From positions 1 through 5,854 of the forward strand of contig CAYXSZ010000018.1 in the NCBI GenBank assembly GCA_964468425.1: a stretch of DNA of 5,854 nucleotides, read 5' to 3'. The stretch is from Candidatus Woesearchaeota archaeon (GTDB lineage Archaea > Nanobdellota > Nanobdellia > Nanobdellales > Nanobdellaceae). A program made the translations under genes and the position numbers. Shown here one piece after another: positions 1-5,189 of this stretch (the first letter of the stretch is position 1; each line of letters starts with the position of its first letter). Below the pieces are notes generated by a model, which ran no database searches, was not told the DNA's origin, and saw only the letters and a list, made by a program, of their open reading frames with translations.

Positions 1-2
1 GT

Positions 3-404
3 ATTACCGAAGATTATGAAATATTTGTTGAGTTCAGTAAGAGTACGGGAAGAGCTAGGAGAGTTTACGTTAATGGTGAGCTTTTTGGAACTATCGATCC
101 TAGTACGGGTTTCATAATCCTTTCCTACCGCGGAGCGGAGATTGTAAAAGGTTACTTGGATTTTCCGAAATATAGAGTTGTTATAGCCGAAGAAGCCGTT
201 CCATTTGTTGAAATTGGAAAGTCTGTGTTTAATAAGTTTGTACTTGAATGCGATCCCGAAATTCTTCCCAAGGATGTTGTTTTGATAGTCGACAAAAAGG
301 ATGAACTCATCGCTACGGGAGTTGCAGTTCTTTCTGGAAGAGAGATGCTAGAATTCGATGTAGGGATTGCTGTTAAGGTAAAACATGCTAGAAAAAATCG
401 TTAA
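3..404 (+). CDS. PUA-domain protein, C-terminal part (archaeosine tRNA-guanine transglycosylase / ArcS-type C-terminus); 5' end lies outside the window
   Basis: Frame 3 is open from base 3 to the TAA at 402-404. I translated 3-155 by hand (ITEDYEIFVEFSKSTGRARRVYVNGELFGTIDPSTGFIILSYRGAEIVKGY) and found no stop, so the TTG at 156 in the ORF track is an internal codon. The last ~75 aa (YRVVIAEEAVPFVEIGKSVFNKFV...DELIATGVAVLSGREMLEFDVGIAVKV) follow the classic PUA pattern found at the C-terminus of archaeal ArcTGT/ArcS proteins. Confidence 0.85.
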   Translation: MTEDYEIFVEFSKSTGRARRVYVNGELFGTIDPSTGFIILSYRGAEIVKGYLDFPKYRVVIAEEAVPFVEIGKSVFNKFVLECDPEILPKDVVLIVDKKDELIATGVAVLSGREMLEFDVGIAVKVKHARKNR

Positions 405-924
405 GGTTAGGGGAAAAACAAAGTTTGAGAAGAAAATTATTCGCACCGCTATCTTTGTCTGGAACTTAGTTTTGTATTCTGTTCCGCTTAACCTGTTTGA
501 ATTCAAAATAATTCCAGTACCGCAGTTCGTGTTAGATACTCTATCAAGTCTGGAAACCGCTTTGCTGAATTCTGTAGGAATCGCCGCGAATCTGACAGGA
601 AACACAATCTACGCGTGTGGAGCAAGCTTTACAATAGCTCCAGAGTGTTCTGGATATAAATCTCTGTTAGGATTGTTTGCAATTGTTATGGCAACACCCA
701 CAAAGGATTTAAGAAATAGAGTCAAATGGTTTTTATACTTATCTCCGATTACGATCGCTTTGAACTTTTTAAGAATCTTTAGCACCGTACTGTTGCACTG
801 TTCGCTAAACATAGATATAGAGTTTGTCCATAACGTTCTGTGGCAAATTTTAACAACTCTAGCGGTGTTTTTCCTGTGGTTGTTCTTTTTAATCAAAAAC
901 AGGCAAAATCTCATAGAGTTTTGA
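385..924 (+). CDS. Archaeosortase/exosortase-family integral membrane protein, minimal-size form (ArtE-like size class; subfamily not assignable by eye)
   Basis: 179 aa with about 5 hydrophobic helices. The family signature TIAPECSGYKSL has its Cys88 codon at 646-648. A second signature, ALNFLRIF, has its Arg130 codon at 772-774. A conserved-looking His sits in FVHNVLW. An SD-like AAGGT at 375-379 lies 5 nt before the ATG. The ATG lies inside the last 20 nt of the PUA gene, which suggests translational coupling. Confidence 0.8.
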   Translation: MLEKIVKVRGKTKFEKKIIRTAIFVWNLVLYSVPLNLFEFKIIPVPQFVLDTLSSLETALLNSVGIAANLTGNTIYACGASFTIAPECSGYKSLLGLFAIVMATPTKDLRNRVKWFLYLSPITIALNFLRIFSTVLLHCSLNIDIEFVHNVLWQILTTLAVFFLWLFFLIKNRQNLIEF

Positions 925-1162
925 CTTCGCTTAAGAGATTTCTCAGCTTTTTAAAAGTTTGCTCGTCTAATTTTTCTACAAAAATAACCCGCTTTTCCTC
1001 GACATACATTCTAACAAAATCTCCCTCGGAAATGCCAGATCCTGTATAGATAAAAGTCCTAGAGCCCTTTTCAGTAGCAATGGTTAAGTATTTATCAGAG
1101 ACCTCGACTACTCTCCCGTAAAGAACTCCCTCTTTAGATACGTCCTCAAAGGATTCGAACAT
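911..1162 (-). CDS. Small hypothetical protein (83 aa), possibly OB-fold-like
   Basis: ATG-initiated ORF with hyperthermophile-type composition. The pattern GRVVEVSDKYLTIATEKGSRTFIYTG...GDFVRMYV...VIFVEKL alternates like a small beta-barrel followed by a C-terminal helix. A TATA-like box lies about 26 nt upstream on the minus strand. No diagnostic catalytic motif was found. Confidence 0.6.
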   Translation of the reverse strand: MFESFEDVSKEGVLYGRVVEVSDKYLTIATEKGSRTFIYTGSGISEGDFVRMYVEEKRVIFVEKLDEQTFKKLRNLLSEVKTL

Positions 1163-1183
1163 TTTTAGCCTTTGTAAATAAAT

Positions 1184-1191
1184 CTTAAATA
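1184..1191 (-). promoter_or_regulatory. Putative archaeal TATA box for the 911-1162 minus-strand gene (leaderless transcript)
   Basis: The minus strand reads TATTTAAG at -29 to -22 relative to the ATG, whose complement is at 1160-1162. This is the spacing expected if transcription starts at or next to the start codon. Confidence 0.4.
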
Positions 1192-1241
1192 GTGAGGAAG
1201 TCGCGCCGCTGCGGAACAGTGAAGAGACTACTGGGGACTGA
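1192..1241 (+). ncRNA. Candidate C/D-box sRNA (2'-O-methylation guide), boxes partly degenerate
   Basis: Layout: GTGAGGA (1192-1198, C-like), 10-nt spacer, CTGC (1209-1212, D'-like), 7 nt, TGAAGA (1220-1225, C'-like), an exact 12-nt spacer GACTACTGGGGA (1226-1237), then CTGA (1238-1241, D box). The element lies in a locally GC-rich island within an otherwise AT-rich intergenic region. Both C-type boxes deviate from RUGAUGA at the same U position and D' is imperfect. Confidence 0.3.
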
Positions 1242-1297
1242 ATCCAGGTTCTATCTCGCTAACGCTGTTATTCTCCCAAAATCGTCGAATAGCAAGG

Positions 1298-1305
1298 TTT
1301 AAAAA
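1298..1305 (+). promoter_or_regulatory. Putative archaeal TATA box for the AbrB-ABC cassette (leaderless transcript)
   Basis: TTTAAAAA at 1298-1305 is centred about 26 nt upstream of the ATG at 1327 and is preceded by a purine-rich BRE-like AGCAAGG. There is no SD between it and the ATG, consistent with a leaderless first gene of an operon. Confidence 0.45.
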
Positions 1306-1326
1306 CATTCCAACTTTCTTACTAGT

Positions 1327-1614
1327 ATGACATTCAAGGTAGTAAGAATTTCCAGCAAAGGACAACTAGTCATCCCGCAAGAGATAAGAGACAGAATGCA
1401 AATCAAGGAAGGAGACAACTTCATCATATTCACGGTCTCCGACGATGTGCTTGTTCTTAGAAAAATTGTCTTCAGCGACGAGAATTACAAAACATTCAAG
1501 AAAAAGTTCATCGAAGCCTTGAAGGAACTGAACGTCGAAATCAGCGAGGATCTCTTAGACAAGGCGTTTGATCTAATGATCAAAAAGTGTATCAATGAAA
1601 GTGATAACGCTTAG
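1327..1614 (+). CDS. AbrB/MazE/SpoVT-family (swapped-hairpin) DNA-binding domain protein with a helical C-terminal extension
   Basis: The N-terminus VRISSKGQLVIPQEIRDRMQIKEGDNFIIF...VLVLRK matches the SpoVT-AbrB domain pattern (s-s-k-G-q-h-h-I-P-k-e-I-R-x-x-h-x-I-k-e-G-D). The C-terminal ~48 aa are charged and helical. The gene's last 20 nt overlap the start of the ATPase gene. Confidence 0.85.
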   Translation: MTFKVVRISSKGQLVIPQEIRDRMQIKEGDNFIIFTVSDDVLVLRKIVFSDENYKTFKKKFIEALKELNVEISEDLLDKAFDLMIKKCINESDNA

Positions 1615-2305
1615 GGACGTGACAAAGATTTATAGGTTGGGAAAAACAGACTTTAAAGCGTTGGATGGAATTTCGCTAGAAATTCGAAAAGGAGAATTCA
1701 TATCAATTATGGGACCTTCCGGTTCGGGAAAGTCCACGTTACTTCACATTATGGGCTGTCTAGACAGACCAACTTCGGGAGAGGTTTACGTTCTTGGAAA
1801 GGATGTCAGAAAACTTAGCGACAACGAATTAGCTAATTTAAGAAACCGTAAAATTGGCTTCGTATTCCAGCTATATTACCTTCTTCCGAACTTGACGGCA
1901 TTGGAAAACGTAGAAGTTCCGATGATCTTCGCAGGGCTTCCTAAAGAAAAGAGAGTCAAAAGGGCTATGCAGCTGCTAAAGCTTGTCGGAGTGGACGATG
2001 TACATGATCACAAGCCAGTAGAACTTTCTGGAGGGCAGAGGCAGAGAGTAGCGATTGCAAGAGCCCTCGCTAACGATCCAGAGATTATCTTAGCAGACGA
2101 GCCTACGGGAGCTCTGGACATAGAGTCTGCAGAAGTTGTAATGAACATCTTCAAAAAGCTAAATAAAGAGGGAAAAACTGTGGTGATAATCACCCACGAT
2201 CCAAAGGTGGCGGCGTACGCGGAGAGAATAGTGGTTATCAAGGGTGGTAAGATTGTAGCAGATGGCGTAAACATTGATGAAGCGACTGAAATTTTAAAGA
2301 AATAA
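1595..2305 (+). CDS. ABC transporter ATP-binding protein, MacB/LolD-type (COG1136-like)
   Basis: Walker A is GPSGSGKST and the Q-loop is FVFQ. The ABC signature is LSGGQRQRVAIARAL, Walker B is IILADEPTGALD and the H-loop is IITHD. The N-terminus (DVTKIYRLGKTDFKALDGISLEIRKGEF) is typical of the MacB/LolD/FtsE-like clade. Confidence 0.97.
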   Translation: MKVITLRDVTKIYRLGKTDFKALDGISLEIRKGEFISIMGPSGSGKSTLLHIMGCLDRPTSGEVYVLGKDVRKLSDNELANLRNRKIGFVFQLYYLLPNLTALENVEVPMIFAGLPKEKRVKRAMQLLKLVGVDDVHDHKPVELSGGQRQRVAIARALANDPEIILADEPTGALDIESAEVVMNIFKKLNKEGKTVVIITHDPKVAAYAERIVVIKGGKIVADGVNIDEATEILKK

Positions 2306-2306
2306 A

Positions 2307-3770
2307 ATGGTTCGAAGGTTCGCTTCTTTCTTAATTCTACTAGCACTTCCAACCGTATTTTCTACTCCGATCATAGATGTAGCAAAAACCTACTCAATAC
2401 CAAAGGTTCTAGAACCAAATACCAAAGCAACTGTGTTCGTAGCGATTACAAACCCATATAATTATACATTGTCTTATGTTGAAGTAAAGTTTGACAGCAA
2501 CGAACGCGTAAAGATTGTATCCGACGACGAATGGGATTTGGGAACGATCCATCCTCACGAGTTCCGGTTTGTTCCCCTAGAAGTCTCGATAGGAAATTGC
2601 AGGAATTCCGTTCAAACTGTTCACGCGGAGATCGAGTACTACTCTCCGTTCGGTTACGAGGATGTAGACGAATACCTTCCATTAATAATTACAAGCGTTC
2701 CTAGGCTGGAAATAGCAAAGGTATACACCATTCCCGATCATCCAAGAACATTTGATAAAGCAAAGTTATGCATAACGCTTGCGAACAACGGATCTTCTGA
2801 ACTAAAGAATATAAATGTCGTAATACTGGGTTCGAGGTGTTTGTTAGTCTTATCTCCTAACTTAAGGATAATAAATAAACTAAAGCCGGGAGAAACCAAA
2901 ACAATTACATATGAAATAAAAACTACGAACATTCCTTGTCAAGTTCCAGTAAGAATACTTTATACAGATTGGGCGGGAAATTCTTATAACGTTACTGAAT
3001 CTATTGGGCTAGACGTGTCTCAGAGTCTCGGCACGGTTTCTATAAAGAATTTAACTTACGAAAATGCGATCGCTGGAGAGAACAACCATGTTTTGTTAAG
3101 GATTGTAAACGAAGGGAATAGAGAAATCAAGAATATCATAGTCAAAATAGCCAGCGATCCCAGATCTCCACTAAGTTTTAGCCCGCAAGAATTCTTTATA
3201 GAAAAGCTGAACCCGTATATGTACAAAACAATAGACCTATCAGTCTACGCCAATCCAGACGCAGAGGGTGTTTACAAAACGCCAATACTTGTAAGATATA
3301 GCATAGATTCGGGAAAGTTCGTAAATGATAGCTTCGTTTTAACTATAAAGGTCTCTAGGAAGCCCAGTCTATTAGTTTATGTGAGTTCCATAGAGAAAAA
3401 TCAGATAGACTTAGCTATAGCGAATGTGGGAAGCGTTAAAGCTAGAAACGTGTACGTAACACTACGAGATGGAAATTGCTATCAAGTAAAAGAAAAATCT
3501 ATCGAATTCATAGGAGATCTCGATAGCGGAGATTACGATACAGCGAGCTTCGAGGTGGAACCCACGGCGAGTTCGTGCAAACTGAAAGGTATAGTTTACT
3601 ATCAAGACGCTTTAGGACGCAACTACACGCAAGGCTTCGAGATCCCAATTAAGTTTCCAAAAGAGGAAGCTACTCGAAGTTCTAGTACACTCTACATAAT
3701 TGGAGCTCTCCTGATCTTTGTTGGAACGATTTACTACTTCTTGGTGAAAAGAAAACAAAATGCTGAGTGA
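2307..3770 (+). CDS. Secreted, C-terminally membrane-anchored surface protein with four CARDB/COG1361-like beta-sandwich repeats
   Basis: The N-terminal signal peptide is MVRRFASFLILLALPTVFS (2307-2363). Four ~100-115-aa repeats occupy about aa 20-130, 131-237, 238-351 and 352-450. Each shows the pattern h-x-h ... h-x-h-x-h-x-N-x-G ... h-x-N-h-x-V-x-h, for example LCITLANNGSSELKNINVVI, LLRIVNEGNREIKNIIVKI and DLAIANVGSVKARNVYVTL. There are six N-x-S/T sequons (N52, N161, N228, N248, N340, N439). The C-terminus reads TRSSST + LYIIGALLIFVGTIYYFLV + KRKQNAE. The gene starts 1 nt after the ATPase stop and overlaps the permease start by 11 nt. Confidence 0.85.
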   Translation: MVRRFASFLILLALPTVFSTPIIDVAKTYSIPKVLEPNTKATVFVAITNPYNYTLSYVEVKFDSNERVKIVSDDEWDLGTIHPHEFRFVPLEVSIGNCRNSVQTVHAEIEYYSPFGYEDVDEYLPLIITSVPRLEIAKVYTIPDHPRTFDKAKLCITLANNGSSELKNINVVILGSRCLLVLSPNLRIINKLKPGETKTITYEIKTTNIPCQVPVRILYTDWAGNSYNVTESIGLDVSQSLGTVSIKNLTYENAIAGENNHVLLRIVNEGNREIKNIIVKIASDPRSPLSFSPQEFFIEKLNPYMYKTIDLSVYANPDAEGVYKTPILVRYSIDSGKFVNDSFVLTIKVSRKPSLLVYVSSIEKNQIDLAIANVGSVKARNVYVTLRDGNCYQVKEKSIEFIGDLDSGDYDTASFEVEPTASSCKLKGIVYYQDALGRNYTQGFEIPIKFPKEEATRSSSTLYIIGALLIFVGTIYYFLVKRKQNAE

Positions 3771-4941
3771 TCTTCTTTTTTTAGCATTCAAGAACCTTCA
3801 GAGAAGAAAGCTAAGAGCTTGGTTGACGACTCTTGGCGTGGTAATAGGAATTTCTTCGGTGGTGTCTTTAATTACAATTGGAACTGGAATGGAAAAAGCT
3901 ATAGAAGAATCGTTTTCTAAAATGGGAAAAGATAAATTGATGATTTTTCCAGGAAAGCTAGCTGGGTCTGTACCTGGAACTCTTTTCATGGGTAAACCGT
4001 TCACCATCGAAGACGCTGAAAAAATAGAGAAGCTTCCAGACGTGAAATTTGCAGTTCCCATAGTATTCACAGTTAGCACTGCTATGTACAAGGGAGAGAG
4101 CTATCCAGTCGTGATATTTGGACTCCCACCTGAGAAGGTGAGTAAAATGGGCGGAATTGGCTACAGCTTATACGCTGGAAGATTTCTAAGAAAAGGAGAT
4201 AAGTATTCCTGCATTGTAGGTTACAAGCTAGCAAGGGATGTATTTTCTGAGAACATGAAACCCGGGAGCAAGCTTAAGATCGGTGAAGTCTCTTGCAAGG
4301 TTGTAGGAATCTGGGAGCCAACCGGATCGAGCACAGAAGACTACGCAGTTTATCTGCCGATAAATGTCCTAAAAGAAGATTTTCACATAGATGAAGTTAG
4401 AGTTATAGTTGCTCAAGCAAAGGACGTTGACAAAGCCATTACGGAGATCAAAAAATACTTGAAAAGAAAGAGGGGAGAAGACTTTAGTATCATGACCGCG
4501 GGACAGGTTTTATCTCAAGCTAAAATGATTTTAGGCATAGTTTCTTTAGTAGTGGTGGTAATTGCAGGAATTTCGCTGATAGTTTCCGCAATCGGAATTA
4601 TGAATACGATGTACATGGCAGTTACGGAAAGAACTAAAGAAATTGGTATAATGAAAGCGATCGGAGCCAAAAACAAAGATATTCTCCTGATTTTTCTCTT
4701 TGAGTCGGGCTTACTTGGAATGATTGGTGGAATCGTTGGAAACGTTTTAGGACTAGCAGGAGCGCTTCTAATTGAGAAGATCGCTGTTTCGAATGGTTAC
4801 TATCTCTTCAGAGCATATGTAGATCCTTTCGTGATAATTGGGACGATCTTATTTGCGTCTCTAATCGGAGTCATTTCTGGGCTCGCTCCAGCTAGAGCAG
4901 CTTCAAAGCTCGATCCAGTTGATGCTCTGAGAGAGGAATAA
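3760..4941 (+). CDS. ABC transporter permease, MacB/FtsX family (COG0577-like), 4-TM with a large extracytoplasmic domain
   Basis: The N-terminus LAFKNLQRRKLRAWLTTLGVVIGISSVV is the canonical MacB/FtsX-type permease start. It continues into TM1, a ~210-aa extracytoplasmic domain and three C-terminal TM helices. The FtsX-domain pattern is MNTMYMAVTERTKEIGIMKAIGAKNKDILLIFLFESGLLGMIGG, and the protein ends APARAASKLDPVDALR. Confidence 0.95.
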   Translation: MLSDLLFLAFKNLQRRKLRAWLTTLGVVIGISSVVSLITIGTGMEKAIEESFSKMGKDKLMIFPGKLAGSVPGTLFMGKPFTIEDAEKIEKLPDVKFAVPIVFTVSTAMYKGESYPVVIFGLPPEKVSKMGGIGYSLYAGRFLRKGDKYSCIVGYKLARDVFSENMKPGSKLKIGEVSCKVVGIWEPTGSSTEDYAVYLPINVLKEDFHIDEVRVIVAQAKDVDKAITEIKKYLKRKRGEDFSIMTAGQVLSQAKMILGIVSLVVVVIAGISLIVSAIGIMNTMYMAVTERTKEIGIMKAIGAKNKDILLIFLFESGLLGMIGGIVGNVLGLAGALLIEKIAVSNGYYLFRAYVDPFVIIGTILFASLIGVISGLAPARAASKLDPVDALREE

Positions 4942-4946
4942 TTTTT
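4942..4946 (+). terminator. Oligo-T tract directly after the permease stop (archaeal-type terminator candidate)
   Basis: TTTTT follows the TAA at 4939-4941 immediately, and a second T-run (TTGTTTTT) lies at about 5006-5013. Archaeal RNA polymerase terminates at oligo-T tracts. Confidence 0.4.
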
Positions 4947-5187
4947 AATAAGCCTTGTTTCTATACTTCTCAAGGAATTCTTCTATATCATCTTTGAATA
5001 GTATCTTGTTTTTAACTAAATGCTCTGCAAGAGGTTTCACATAGTACCTAACAATGTTGCGAGAGGAGATTAGATATAAGTTAATAAAAAATACTACGAT
5101 GCTTAAAATGACAGATGTCTTTAGATTTTTGTAAAAGCTACTGAATTTAGAGATTCAAGAGCATAAAAGGATTTAATTTTTTTTAAA
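4945..5187 (-). pseudogene. 80-codon stop-free minus-strand frame lacking a canonical start: decayed gene or small membrane protein with a non-canonical start
   Basis: Hand translation of the minus strand gives FKKIKSFYALESLNSVAFYKNLKTSVILSIVVFFINLYLISSRNIVRYYVKPLAEHLVKNKILFKDDIEEFLEKYRNKAY, with its stop complementing 4945-4947. An upstream in-frame stop complements 5188-5190. The only ATG/GTG/TTG in frame is the GTG at 5038-5040, which would leave 31 aa. The sequence has a clear TM-like segment (SVILSIVVFFINLYLISS) and a charged helical tail. Confidence 0.3.
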
Positions 5188-5189
5188 TC

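Noticed and set aside
156-404. ORF-track call of an 82-aa protein starting at TTG 156
   Set aside because: The same frame is open all the way back to base 3 and the upstream residues continue a pre-PUA/PUA architecture. The TTG is therefore an internal leucine codon of a longer gene truncated by the window edge.
348-605. 85-aa minus-strand ORF
   Set aside because: It lies antisense to the PUA gene end and the archaeosortase start, both of which carry family signatures. The translation is low-complexity with no motif, so it is most likely a shadow ORF.
609-914. 101-aa minus-strand ORF
   Set aside because: It is entirely antisense to the archaeosortase gene, including its CSG and NFLRI motif region, and has an unstructured basic composition. 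Shadow ORF.
840-1049. 69-aa plus-strand ORF
   Set aside because: It overlaps the archaeosortase 3' end in another frame and is antisense to the better-supported 83-aa minus-strand gene. The Ser/Phe-rich sequence has no promoter or SD.
1151-1160. tRNA T-arm-like GTTCGAATCC on the minus strand
   Set aside because: It is simply codons 1-4 (ATG TTC GAA TCC) of the 83-aa ORF. The flanking bases give only a weak AT-rich 4/5 stem, with no acceptor, D or anticodon arms. Not a tRNA or tRNA fragment.
1231-1247. Hairpin CTGGG-GACTGAA-TCCAG resembling an anticodon stem-loop (5-bp stem, 7-nt loop)
   Set aside because: The loop lacks the conserved U33, there is no surrounding cloverleaf, and the loop CTGA is better explained as the D box of the C/D-box candidate.
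2008-2352. 114-aa minus-strand ORF
   Set aside because: It is antisense to the signature, Walker B and H-loop region of the ABC ATPase, whose reading frame is unambiguous.
2446-2932. 78-aa and 64-aa minus-strand ORFs (2446-2682, 2738-2932)
   Set aside because: Both are antisense within the 487-aa surface-protein gene, which has a coherent signal-peptide/repeat/TM architecture. Neither has an independent signal.
3938-3943. Perfect TGATGA (C-box-like) motif
   Set aside because: It lies inside the permease coding frame (K-L-M-I), with no appropriately spaced D box or guide architecture.
3798-4091. 97-aa minus-strand ORF
   Set aside because: It is antisense to TM1 and the extracytoplasmic domain of the MacB/FtsX permease. 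Shadow ORF.
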